From the human T2T-CHM13v2.0 reference genome, Homo sapiens, in the NCBI RefSeq assembly GCF_009914755.1, contig NC_060935.1: 64,000 bases of DNA; one strand, written 5' to 3'. Each line of letters begins with the position of its first letter. Position 1 is the stretch's first letter. The translations under genes were made by a program, and so were the position numbers. The notes below the pieces were generated by a model that worked only from the letters and a program-made list of their open reading frames with translations, was not told where the DNA came from and searched no databases. Below are positions 39,066-51,592 of the stretch, one piece after another.

Positions 39066-39569
39066 CTGCTGCCTTTGCTTTTTCTTTTCTCCAGCTCAGT
39101 TATCTTCCTTATTATAGCTCTTTGTAAAATCACCTCTTCTCTCTTTCACAGGGCAGATCATTTCTGTCTTAGTACAAATAAGAAAATAGATAGGAAAGGG
39201 CCTTGGGACCAGTGAAGGGAATCCCAAACATTACCATCTCTTTTGCACTGATACTCCCCACATTTGAAGCTATGATGTTTTTCTTCTCTTAAGCAACTGA
39301 CACCTGCCAGTTCTTTAGGATTTAGTCCCATAATATTATCCCACTCCACTTTTTACTCATTTACTCCAGGCTCTTTGCCCATTTCTCCCTCCTCAAGAGC
39401 CCATTGACTAAAGGATATCAGGTAACAAGATTGATGAGAAGTCCAGAGGCCACATCTGGGTCAATGAGCAGAGATCAGCAGATACCATTACCCCTATAAA
39501 GGAATTTTAAACACATTCAAGTCTCCAGTCTAAGTGGAAGAAACCTCGTGTTTATCACTGGGACTCAGA

Positions 39570-39910
39570 CTTCATTCATTCATTTATTCATCATGCAGTT
39601 ATCATGTATTGAATGTCTACTTAGTGCTAGAAACCATTTTGGCACAGGGCATTTAAAAAGGAATAGGGCTTTAATCCTGTATTAACTGAGTTCTCTTTTA
39701 GTGGGAAAAAGTAAATCAAAAGATATTTGCACCTATAGATGCAATAATAGAACCTGACCATCTGTGCCAAGGTCTGCAATTTATGTCAACTATTGCCATT
39801 ATTATTGTAATCATAAGCATCATCAGTTGCATGGGTAGAGAGTTAGTATTGGCCTGAACAGATGGAAACGTCTTCAGCAGAAACACACGTTTGAACTGGG
39901 CCTTGAGTTT
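39570..39910 (-). mobile_element. L2 3' fragment
   Basis: ttcattcattcatttattca..gtattgaatgtctact..tttgaactgggccttga. Confidence 0.6.
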
Positions 39911-41269
39911 TGTCAGGTAGTTGACAGCATATTGTATGATTTGCTTTTCTTGGTGGCAAATGACAAGTTGGGGGTCAAGTGTTGCTTTCTCCAGATTTTT
40001 TTTTTAATATGGTTAGTTAGAACCCAGTCTCCTGCTTTTGGAAGCAATGGCTGTTAAATATGGAAGCAATGATCAAAACACCTGCAAAGAAATTTCCACT
40101 GATCATTTAAAGATTTATATAATAAAATCATAAATGCCAAACATATTTTAACGTCAGGACCTTAATTTTAATGGCATAGACTAAGTAAAGCTGCTCAAAA
40201 GTCTAGCGCAGAACAACTAATCCTATTTAAGAACAATCAATCTTATTTGAGTGAGGTTAAATGAAAGATCAGATATTTTAAGTCAGGGAACAACAGGAAG
40301 CTATAGCCAGGCAAAATAAGTAAAATGAACTTCTATAGAGATCATCCTTACATTATCACAATTTCAGAGGGTACCATATTCTGTCTTTTGAATACATACC
40401 AAGAGTCAAGTGCACACATAAACCCTGATCTATCTGTTATCATCACCTACAAGCTTATCTCACAGGCTTTACTACCTCCACACACCTGAAGACTGTGTAC
40501 AGTCCCTCATAATCCTGTAATCCTGTAAGACTAACTCCTGACATTTGGCAACTGTTTACACAGATTCAATGTTTCTCCAATTCTCTGGCATGCATAAGGT
40601 ATGGCAGTGGAATGGCCCAACACCTGAGGTCACTAGCTAGGCATTTTAATTTTTATAAGAGACCCTGGCCTTTATCATTCTCACAGATAGAACTAAAAAT
40701 GGATGAGCCTTCAAACAGTCAGCCAAAATTCCAGGTCCCAGGCACATACCAGAGTTTAACATTAAATTGACTGCAATCTAGTCCCCGCCAAAAACTTAGC
40801 TGAGAAAAATGGTATTCATGCAAGAAGTATAAGGGACATAGTCTCCATTTATCCCTCTAGGATCCATATATAAAATGACAAAAATAGTATTCATAAATGT
40901 GCCTATAAATGTCTTTGACAACTCAGCTTCATTTTCCTTCCTCGAGTCTATCCCATTTAATGAAGAGGTTGCAAGACTGAAAACTACATTTGTCAGAAAA
41001 CTTGCTAGCAGAGGACTTGCTAGCAGATTATACCAAAGCACTAGTTTGCAAAGTTAAAAGGAGGGGAAAATAGTGGAAGGTATATTATTGTTTAGCTGGC
41101 ACTGGCAGATAGTAGAGTCAGTGGGTTTTAAGACTCATGAAATGTTGTGTGGCTTCCAGGCATTTTGCTGTAAGTGTTCACCTTGGTGTTGAAAACGCTG
41201 TCAGAAATTTCCTATGATCCTTGCATTATCCTGGGACCCTGAACACTAGAGGCAACACAGGGGTTAAAG

Positions 41270-41603
41270 GCATGTGTTGTTCCTTCTTCTGGGAATGTTC
41301 TGCATTCAGACACACACATGGTTCACAGATTCCTTTCATTCATGCTTCTGCTCAAATATCACTTTCTGATCACTCTTTATAAAAGTGCACTCTTTCATTT
41401 CACTTGATCCCCCACACCCTTTCCTATTCTTCATTGTACATATTCACTTTTTATTTTTTCATATGTGGTTTATTTACTCATTGATCTTCTATTGGAATAT
41501 CAGCTCCAAAAAGCATGAACTTTGTTTTGTTCACTGTGGTATTCTTGGAAGAGTGCCTACAACATTAAGGGTACACAGTAAATGCTGGTTGAATGAATGA
41601 ATG
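41270..41603 (+). mobile_element. L2 3' end
   Basis: tctgctcaaatatcac..ttttgttcactg..gtaaatgctggttgaatgaatgaatg. Confidence 0.8.
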
Positions 41604-41630
41604 TTGAATACATGCACATATAATGAAGTA

Positions 41631-41977
41631 TAGTTATGTGTTACTTAACAATGGAGATACATGCTGAAAAATGCTTCATTAGGCAATTTTGTCATTGTGC
41701 GAACATCATAGCGTGTACTTACACAAACCTAATTGGTACAGCCTACTACACACCTAGGCTATACGATATAGCTTACTGCTCCTAGGCTACAAATCTCAAC
41801 AGCATGTTACTGTACTGAATACTATGGACAGTTGCAACATATTGGTGAGTATTTGTGTACCTAAACATAGCAAACATAGAAAAGGGACAGTAAAATTACA
41901 GTTTTATAATCTTATGAGACTACTGTCCTATATGCGGTCTGTTGTTGACCAAAAAGTTGTTATGCAGCACATAACTA
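41631..41977 (+). mobile_element. Tigger3a (MER7A-type) non-autonomous TcMar element, full length
   Basis: tgtgcgaacatcatag..gcctactacacacctaggcta..; TIRs tagttatgtg/cacataacta; TA on both sides. Confidence 0.92.
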
Positions 41978-42134
41978 TAGTTAATAATAATAATAGTAAT
42001 AGGTAACCTCTATGAGCCGTCCTGTATGCTAGCACTATACTAAGTACTGACATACATCATCCCATCCAATTATCCCAATAACTCTGCAGTAAAGGAGGCA
42101 ATGAGGATTATCTCTCAGCATTTCATTCTCCTTG

Positions 42135-42512
42135 AGGCAGTGTTTCTATATTGGTTCAGGGGTAGAAGTGACAGCATCAAAGGGAAGCCCAGAATCTTTG
42201 TTTGATGGCTGGAGGAGAGACTTCTCTCTTCTGGATAAGAAGCAGAAAGCATGTGATACAGGATACTCCAGCAGCCATTTCACTACCACAAGCTGGATCA
42301 ACGTAAGGGTGAAATTAACAAGATTTCAAAGAAGGCAAAAGACAGAGAAATAACTTGGGCCTATGGTTACATCACTGAGCTGCTGCACCAAGCCTTGCCT
42401 GAAGCTCGTCCTACTTCTTTCACTTATAAAAACCAATAAATTCCCTTGATTATTTAATCCAGCTTGAAGGATTTTGTTGTTGTTACTTGCAACTGAAAGC
42501 ATCTTAACCAAC
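42135..42512 (+). mobile_element. MaLR LTR (MLT1K/L-like)
   Basis: catcactgagctgct..gcctgaagc..ccaataaattccc..gttacttgcaactgaaagcatc. Confidence 0.7.
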
Positions 42513-42519
42513 CAGGTAG

Positions 42520-42985
42520 ATACTATTTAGTAACTGTGTGATCTAAAGCAAGTCATTGAACCTCTCTCTACTTCTGTTCCCTCATTTGTAGAGTGAGGAT
42601 AATAATACAACTTAGCTCTGGATTTGTTGTGGAGATTAAAAAATAATGTAGGTAAAAGCACCAAGCATAGTACCCAACACATAGGAAGACATTAGTACAT
42701 ATGGTCTAATACTACATTAAGAAACTTTACAATGAAAGGAAGAATGGAGGACCGTAATTGCTTTAGGTGAGACATCTGACCATATTTACTCCCATGGCAA
42801 CTTTTAGATGCCTCTGTTACCATGCATATGTATTTTGATATTTTGTTTAGCTGTCAACCTCCTGTGAGCTTCTAGAATCTAGAAGGTAAGACCATGTCTT
42901 AATGTTCTTTGCATTTGTCCCAGTGTCCAGCATTGTGTAAAGCATATGGCAGGTATTTCATTGAAGTTTCTTGAACTAAAGAATT
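42520..42985 (+). mobile_element. MIR followed by L2 3' end
   Basis: ctgtgtgatctaaagcaagtca..ctcatttgta..; gtcccagtgtccagcattgtg. Confidence 0.7.
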
Positions 42986-43863
42986 AACTTGTGAGAAAAG
43001 AGCCTGAGAAGGAGAAGAATAAAGAGTTAAGTGCTGGAAAAAGCATAACTAATGGACTAAGTTTCAGGGGCAGGCAGAAGGAGAGGTGACCAGAGGCCAG
43101 GTGGAGAGATTAGCCTCAGAAAGGAGGAAGGTTAATAATAAGTGGGATCCAATCTCTGCCCCCAAATGACCATCATCACATTTGTTTTAGAGCTATGCAC
43201 ACAGCCAGGCACTAAATATTTCCCAGTGACTATGACTACAGCAAGGCTTGCTAAAAACATTTGTAACAGAAAAAATATCACAGTGAACTTTCCTTCTCAG
43301 GGGCTGGGGCCAGTGAATTCATGTTAATATTACAGACTAAACTGAAAATGACTTTTTAAAGAGATAATCGTGATATGTCTTTAATATTAATCTTCACTAC
43401 ATCATACAGTATTGTGAGAGTGGAATAGCTTCAACAGAGAAGCGACAGAAGTTTCATAAGCTCCCAAGTTACATGAATAAAAATTGTAATAAATATCTTG
43501 ACACTGTCTAGTAATGTTTTTAGAAATATTTCATTTTTTTCTTTACCATTAGGTGTGTTGGGGGGAACAAAGCATGTATTGTTACTCTTCTGTAAACATG
43601 GATTAATCATGAATCAAATCATTTGTAGTAAACCAAGTTCAGCAATACCATTGTTTCTGAATTAAGCAGCAGCAATAATGTTCCTGACACAGGGTTGTCC
43701 CTGGGGATACAGAGATAATTGAGGCATGACTCTACCCTCATAAAAATTACACTTTTTCTTAACTCACATCCAGCTATTCTATAGCTGTTTCCAGCTATAT
43801 CAGGTTTAAGGAGGAAGGAGTCAAATAAAAGATGGTAAGGTAAACTTGAGGATTCTGCTTTGT

Positions 43864-43864
<1 letters not shown>

Positions 43865-43895
<31 letters not shown>
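43865..43895. repeat. Poly-T (T31) not attached to a recognisable retroelement
   Basis: Direct count. Confidence 0.95.
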
Positions 43896-43898
<3 letters not shown>

Positions 43899-44776
43899 GT
43901 AGCAAGGCATCTCCTGGGGCTAATCAAGATTGAGCCCAATCTTTCATATACCTAGCTAACATTTTCCACTTTTGTGATTATCCAGTGCTCCCATGTAACC
44001 TTCCCAGGCTGCACTGGTGGGCATATGCTCCCCTTCATGGAGATTTAAAATGTTATATAAGTAAAAAGCACAATAGAAACACCTGTAAACCACTTCTGAG
44101 CAAGTCTAAGGGGGCCAGGTGTGCAGACTGGTCCACAAGTTTTCTCAGCACCTTTATTTTTGTGCATTGGAAGATCTGTTTCTAATTTGGACTCTGTGCA
44201 GGAAGTGGTTTGTATTGCCACAGGTAATTTAGATGTTCTTTTCAACTTTTCCCACAACTGCACCCTTCTTCCTTTCTTCTCTCCTACCCCACAATTGCCA
44301 AAGCTCATGAAGACAAGAATGCTTTCATGAGAGAGAAAACAGCAGCATGATGCATGGCCAGCACTTTGCAGAGCAACATAGAAGAAATCAAGGTTTTGTA
44401 GGCTATACATCAGTGGATAAAGCCCTAGAAATTAAGGATGTACCATATGTACAAACTTTTGGGCAAACGCATCAGCAAAGCTTTAGACTCAGTAGAAAGG
44501 TCCTAAAAGAAACAGCAGACACTCCAGAATCCGTGCCACACATGTGACTAGAGTAAGACATTCTTAAGGAAGACACAGACTGTCTCAGATAAGGGGTTGG
44601 TTATCATCACTTCCCTAATGATAATAGAGTACATTTATTCAATGTTGACTATATATCAGGCGCTATGTTAGTGCATTATGTACTCAATCCATACTTACTC
44701 TAACTTGATCCAAGAAAACACTTTAAAATCACTACAGTTACTATCTTAATTATATGAATAAAGACAATGAAACTCC

Positions 44777-44845
44777 CTATAGCGAAGATATAGAAACAAC
44801 CTGTGTCCATCAGTGGATGACTGGATAAAGAAATTGTGAGATATG

Positions 44846-44889
<44 letters not shown>

Positions 44890-45300
44890 TCAGTCTTTAA
44901 AAAGAATAAAATCATGTCTTTTGCAGCCACATGGATGAAACTGGAGATCACTATCTTAAATGAAATAAGCCAGATAGAGAAAAGTCAAATATCACACGTT
45001 CTCACTCATAATTGAGTGCTAAAAATGTGTACACATGGACATAGAGAATGGAATTATCAACAGCAGAGACTCAGAAGAGGGCAGGGAAAGGCAGTGGATA
45101 ATGAGAAAACACAGGGTAGAGGAAGGTAGTGGATGATGAGAAATTGCTTGATGGGTACAAGGTATGTTACTCAGATGATGGATACCCAAGAAACCCTGAC
45201 TTGACCACTATGCAATCTGTACATGTAACACAATTGCACTTGTACCCTGTAAATTTATTCAAATTAAAAACAAATAGACTAAAAAAAAAAACCAAAAACA
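44777..45300 (+). mobile_element. L1PB-type (L1PB4-like) 5'-truncated 3' end, inserted in a MIR
   Basis: aaatcatgtcttttgcagccacatggatgaaactggag..cctgacttgaccactatgcaat..ttgcacttgtaccc + A-rich tail. Confidence 0.88.
44849..44887. repeat. (AC)19 microsatellite
   Basis: Perfect dinucleotide run inside the L1. Confidence 0.97.
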
Positions 45301-45844
45301 AATAGACTCAAAAAAGTAACTGCCCAAGATTATCTGGCTAGAATTCAAAGGTAATTCTCTAACTGAGTTTGCTTGTGACCTCTATATTCAACTACTGTTT
45401 TATCAGGGAGGAACTGGAAACTAATAGAAAAATTCATCATTGACGCTTTATGATCTGTGGTGTGTACACAGCTTGTAGTTGCAAGTTGCATATAATGTTT
45501 TTATTCCCTAGCATGCATTTATTCATTTATTTAATTTTTTTTCTTTCATAAAATATAACTGTAAAATAATACCTGAAATACTCCTGGAGATAAAAGACAA
45601 ACATAAAAATTTCAAGAAGTACCTGGAATACATACAAATTGGAACATTGCTTATGTGTGAAAGAATCAACTAGATATTCTAGAACTGAAAATGCAATAAT
45701 AGAAAGTAAGGACTTATATGATGAATTTCGCAGCAGTAAAATGATAAAAAAAAATTTGGGGAGAAAGACACTTAAATATATAGAAGATTTAGCATGCATT
45801 TAATTGGAGTCCCAGAAGGAGAAAAGGGAAAGGGCAGAGGTTAT

Positions 45845-47033
45845 AAATTCTTTAATTGATGTTGAGTTGCATATTTATTTTTCATACTTTACCTTTTCTA
45901 AATAAAGATGTATCTTACAGTTGATAGCATATCACTTTTACTGAAGCTGGGCATCAGTTATCAATGATCATTCTTGTGCATGTTTGAATATCAAAAGGAT
46001 AACCATGAAAACTTCCAGAATGGGAGGTCAGTTATTTGGAATAAAATCTCAAGGACAATAATGGAGCACTCTCTTCACTTTCCTAGGAAACAAATGTTTG
46101 TGGGGAGGGAATGAAGGAGCTCAATCAGAACTGTTTAACAATGTTCTCAAGGAGGTCAGTAGTAGGCTAGCTTTACATAATTTCAAAGCCAGATTGAGAG
46201 CCTATCACTATGGCTTTTTGTTCCTTTATGGAATCTTTGAGAAAATGCTATACACGGACAGTAGTCAAAATGTGATTAGGAAAATTTGGATTCTTAGTGG
46301 GAAAAAGTTTTAGGAATATCTATGTTGGTAATTGTTTTGCATATATTTTCCTTGATGGGTATTGTGATGATGAATTTTATGTATCAACCTGGCTGGGCCC
46401 CAGTGCCCACATATCAGGTCAAGCATTATTCTGTATGTTTCCATGGGTGTATTTTTGGATGAGTCTTACATTTATTTATATCAGTAGACTCTGAGTAAAG
46501 CAAGTGTGCTTCATAATGTGGGTGGGCCTCATCCAATCCATTGAAGGCCTGAATGGAACAAAAGGCTGACCTCATCTAAGCTGGTGGGAATTATCCAGCA
46601 GACTGACTTTAGACTTCATGTGCAATATTGGTTCTTCTTGATTTCCCAATAGACTGCCTTTGGACTCGAACTAAAACTCTTTCCAGAGTGTCCAGCCTGC
46701 TAGCCTCTCCTATCAGATTTTGGACTGACTAAGCTTTCACAATCACATGAGTCAATTCCTCAAAATAAATATATTTATTTCTGTATACACATCCATATTG
46801 GCTCTGTTTCTCTGCAGAACCCCAATGTATATAGATCTAAACAATGACATATAACACAATTTTATCTTAGAAAAAGAGCTTCTGCAAGAAGAATAAGATC
46901 CAAATTCTTAAGCGACAGTGGTGTATGTTAGAGTTTATTTAATCAGCCATGAGTCTCTTCTTTTTTTTTCTTGGATATGTGAATTAATCATGCAAGTTAT
47001 AATCGACAGTATTATGAACATGATGAAATAAGG
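45845..47033. mobile_element. TcMar-Tc2 element (Kanga/MER104-like)
   Basis: Termini resemble the MER104 TIR region: gatgtatcttacagttgatagc and ataatcgacag..gatgaaataagg|ta. Confidence 0.5.
46363..46830 (+). mobile_element. ERVL solo LTR (MLT2D-like)
   Basis: tgtgatgatgaattttatgtatcaacc..aatgtgggtgggcctcatccaatc..tctgtttctctgcagaaccc. Confidence 0.88.
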
Positions 47034-47365
47034 TATTTAAAGAGATAATGATTGAAAAGTTCCCTGATAAAAGATCTCAATCTACAGATTTCAGATGTTC
47101 ATTGAGTTTCAAGCATGATTTAAAAAGAAAGGGGAAAGAAAAGAAAGAAATCCACATCCAAATATAGTGAAAGTGTAGAAATAGAAAGCCAAAAACAAAG
47201 GGAAAAAATATTAAAGACATTGTCTTTAAAGGAGTAACAGTAATACTGACCCTGACTCCTCCTAATTAAAATCGGTGGAATGGATGTCATTAAGGCACTA
47301 AAAGAAAACACCTGCCAACCTAGAATTTTATAGCCAATCAAATATTCATCAAGTATAAATATGGT

Positions 47366-47682
47366 GCCAGCACGGTGGCTCAGGCATATAATCCCAACAT
47401 TTTGGGAGGCCAAGGTGGGAGATTCACCTGAGCCTAGGAGTTTGAGACCAGCCCGGACAACATAGTGAGCCCTCATCTCTACAAAAAATTTTTTAAAAAT
47501 TAGGTGGATGTGGGTAGTCCCAGCTACTAGGGAGGCTGAAGGGGAAGGATTGCTTGAGCCCAAGAGGTCAAGGCTGCAGTGAGCCGTGATTGTGCCACTG
47601 CACCCCAGCCTGGGCTACAGAGTGAGACCCTGTCTCAAAAAAATAAAATAATAAAATAATAAAATAAATAAAATAAAATAAA
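47366..47682 (+). mobile_element. AluJb-like
   Basis: ttgagcccaagaggtcaaggctgcagtgagcc; (AAAAT)n tail; small deletion at start of right arm. Confidence 0.95.
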
Positions 47683-48299
47683 GCTGGGATAAGATAGTCT
47701 CCAGTAAATAAGTACTCATAAAATCCACAAGACAAACTGCTCTAAAGGGGATTTTTCAGGCCAAAAGAAAAGAGTACTTAGTGGCATCCAGAAGACACAG
47801 GAGGAATGGAAAGCAACCAAAATGCAAAGTGATGGGAATAAAGCTAAATCAACATTGTATAAAGATAGCAACTTTTTTAATGTTAAAATGTACAGCAAAC
47901 TTATATATACACAAAAACATGTAAGTCAAGAGAAGGTAAATGAAGTGAAAGTGTGTAAAGGTCTTTGTATTGTCTGGGAGGAGGTAACATTGCCAAGTAC
48001 CATTAGATTTTGGTAAGTCAATGGCGCATGTTATAATTTCTAGTGTAATTACTCACAGTAAAAGAAAGTATGCATTCAAACTAATAAAGAAAAATGTAAC
48101 CAAAAAATTCAAAAGAATTTGATCAAGGGAGGAAAGGAAATATAATAATATAAATATAATAAAAAGACAAATAGCAAATATTAGATTAAACTACCTGAAC
48201 TTGTTGCTTTATAAGAAAAAAATGGTCACACATTGCCAGTTTTATCTAACTCAACCTGTAGTAAGTAGATATATCCCTAAATCTATGAGGAATAATAAT

Positions 48300-48564
48300 A
48301 CAGGTATCAGACTTCACATAGGCAACACTGCATGAGCCAGTGAAGCAATATCTTCAGAGTTCTGGGTGGAAAGAATGCTAAATTTGGAATTATTTAATCA
48401 CCCAAGCTACTAAGAGCCAAGTTGAGATATTTTTGGACAAAGAAGAACTTAATTGTCCAAAATTGTCTTATTTTTGGACAAATAAGAACTTAAGAAGTCT
48501 ATGTCTACACACCCTCTATTGAAAAATTACCCAAGGAGATATAGTACCAAATAAAAAGCAAATC
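48300..48564 (+). mobile_element. HAL1/L1-ORF1-like relic
   Basis: atcagacttcaca..gcaacactg..gcaatatcttcagagttctg. Confidence 0.45.
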
Positions 48565-50951
48565 CAGGTATAGACTTGCTTTATGACACTTTGCTTTATT
48601 GAGCTTCACAGATTGTGTGTTTTTTACAAATTGAAGACCTGTGGCAAGCCTACGTTGAGCAAGTCCATTTTTCCAACAGCATGTGCCCACTTCGCATCTC
48701 TGTGTCACATGTTGGTAATTCTCACAATATTTTAAAATTTTTCATCATTATTATATTTGTTATAATGATCTGTGATCAGTGATCTTTCATGTTACTATTG
48801 GAATTGTTTTGGGGCACAATGAACCTCACCCATATAAGATGGGGAACTTAATTCATAAATGTTTGTGTCCTAACTGCTCTACTGACCAGTTGTTTCCTGA
48901 TCTCTCTCCTTCTCCTCAGGCCTCTCTATTCCCTGAGACACAACAATATTGAAATTAGGTCAATTAATAACCCTCCAATTGCCTAATTTTTAAGTGTTCA
49001 AGTGAAAGGAAGAGTTGCACATCTCTCACTTAAAATCAAAACCTAGAAATGATGAAGTTTACCAAGGAAGACATGTTGAAAGCTGAGATAGGCTTCATGT
49101 GCCAAGTAGTTAGCCATGTTGTGAATGCAAAGAAAAGTTATTGAAGAAAATTAAAAATGCTACTGCAGTGAACACATGAATCATAAAAAAAGCAAAACAG
49201 CCTTACTGCTGACATAGAGAAAGTTTTAGTGGTTTGGATAGAAGATCAAACCAGCTACAACATTCCCTTAAGCAAAAGCCTAATCCAGAGCAAGTCCCTA
49301 GATTTCTTCAATTCTGTGAAGGCTGGGAGATAAGTGAGCAAGCTGCAGAAGAAAAGTTTGAAGGTAGCAGAGATTGATTCACAAGGTTTAACAGAAGACT
49401 TCTCCAGAACATGTAAGTGCCAGGTGAAGCAGCAAGTGCTGATGGAGAAGCTACAGCAAGTTATGCAGAAGATACAGTTAAGATCATTAATAAAAGAGGC
49501 TATACCAAACAACAGATTTTCAGTGGTGACAAAACAGCCTTCTACTGGAAGAAGATGCCAGCTTTCACAGCTAGAGAGAAATCAATGCCTGGTTCCAAAG
49601 TTTCAAAGGACAGGCTGACTCTCCCCTCAGGGGCTAATGCAGCTGGTGAGTTTTAAGTTGAAGCTAATGCTCATTCACCATTCCAAAAATCTGTGGGCTC
49701 TTAAGAATTACGCTAAGTCTACTCTGCCTGTGCTCTATAGATGAAATAACAAAGCCTAGATGAGAGTGTACCTGTTTATAGCATAGTTTACTGAGCATTT
49801 TAAGCCCACTGTTGTGACCTACTGCTCAGAAAGATTTCTTTCAAAATACTACTGCTCATTGACAATGCACCTCATCACCCAAGATTGCTAATGGAGATGT
49901 ACAAAGGGATTAATGTTGTTTTCACGTCTGTTTACACAACATTCAGTCTGCAGGCCATGAATCACGGAGTAATTTCAACTATGAAGTCTTCTTATGCAAG
50001 AAATACATTTTGTAAGGCTATTGCTGCCATAAATGGTGATTCATCTGATGGATCTGGGCAAAGTAAATTGAAAAAACTTTTGGAAAGGATTTACCGTTCT
50101 AGATGCCACTGAGAACACTGGTAATTTTGGAGAGGAGGTAAAAATATCAACATTAATAGGAGTTTGAAGGAAGTTGCTTCCAACCTTCATGGGTGACCAT
50201 GAAGGGTTCAAGACTTCAGTGAAGAAAGTAACTGCAGATACGGTGGACATGCAAGAGAATTAAAATTAGAAATGAAGCCTGAAGACGCGACGAATTGTTG
50301 CAATCTCATGATTAAACTTGGACAAATTAAGGGTTGCTTCTTATGGATGAACAAAAAAAGTGGTTTCTTGAGAAAGTTCACCATCTATTCCTTGTAAAGA
50401 TGTTGTTAACATTGTTGAAATGATAACAAGGAATTTAGAATATGATATAAACATAGCTGATAGAGCAGCAGCAGAGTTTGAGATGATTGCCTCAAATTTT
50501 GAAACATCTACAGTAGGTAAAATGCAATCAAATAGCATCACATGCTGCAGAGAAATCTTCCATGAAAGGAAGAGTCAACTGATGTGACAAATTTCATTGC
50601 TGTCTTATTTTAAGAAATTGCCACAGCCACTCCAGCCTTCAGCAACTATCACCCTAATCAGTCAGCAGCCATCAATATTGAGGCAAGACCCTTCACCAGC
50701 AAAAAGACTATAACTCGCTGAAGTTTCAGATAATTGTTAGCATTTTTAGCAATAGGGCATTTTAAAATTAAGGCATGCCCACTGATTTGTAGATATAATG
50801 CTACTGCACACTTAATAGACTAATAGGATAGTATAAACACAACTTTTATATGCACTGGGAAACAAAAAAGTCCATATGATGGCTTTAATGCGATATTTGC
50901 TTTATTGCAGTGGTCTGGAACCGAACCCAAAATATCTTGGACATATGCCTG
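48565..50951 (+). mobile_element. Tigger1 DNA transposon, near full length (~2.39 kb)
   Basis: TIR-like ends caggtata.. / ..tatgcctg followed by TA; continuous Tigger1-like internal sequence. Confidence 0.95.
49000..50700 (+). pseudogene. Disrupted Tigger1 (pogo-like DDE) transposase
   Basis: ORF pieces [46 protein letters not shown] and [34 protein letters not shown], with stops and frameshifts between. Confidence 0.9.
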
Positions 50952-51083
50952 TAATAGAATAACATAACATACAGTAAACAGTGGCAGCTGGTTATAAACT
51001 GAAGAGTTAAAAAAAGATATAAAAAGAAATTTAGAAACATGGCTTGGAAGATTCCTATCAAATGGCAAAGTTTTAATGTAGAG

Positions 51084-51300
51084 CATTGTTTCTCAATCAG
51101 GGACTATATTGTTTCCTGGAAAAATTTGATAATGTCTGATAATACCTTTGGTTTTTACAACTGGAGTGGAGATTGCTACTGACATATAGTGAGTAGAGGC
51201 CTGGAATGCTGCTAAACGTCCTACAGTGCATAGGACAGCCCTCCATAGCAAAGAACAGTGGGGCCCAAAATGTTAATAGTGTCAAGGTCGTGAAACTCTG
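51084..51300 (+). mobile_element. MER20 (hAT-Charlie), full length
   Basis: tgctactgacatatagtgagtagaggcc..gctgctaaacgtcctacagtgca..ggcccaaaatgttaatagtg; TSD atgtagag/atgtaaag. Confidence 0.92.
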
Positions 51301-51494
51301 ATGTAAAGTACACATGTCCTTCATCTCAGACCAAACCATATTACTTAGTTCTATATCAATGAATTGTACAAAATATAATAATAATATTGGGAGTCTTCAG
51401 TACAATTATGTAAAAGAATAGAACACTTATTACATAATAATGTAATTAAGAGAAATGGATGGTGAAGTGAGGAAAAAAATGAAAGGATGTGCAC

Positions 51495-51592
51495 ATTCTA
51501 AGTCACCTGGGAATCTTGCTAACATACAGATTTGATTCAGGAGATCTGGAATGAAGTCTGAGATTTTTGGATATCTCACAAGCTTTCAGGTT
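51495..51592. mobile_element. MER5A-like fragment
   Basis: tcacctgggaatcttgctaa..acagatt..tgattcag. Confidence 0.55.

Larger units (their letters stand above)
45600..48220 (+). mobile_element. Ancient L1M ORF1-region relic split by nested insertions
   Basis: aattggagtcccagaaggaga..ggcagagg | tatttaaagagataatg..aagaaatccaca..gccaacctagaattttata. Confidence 0.65.
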
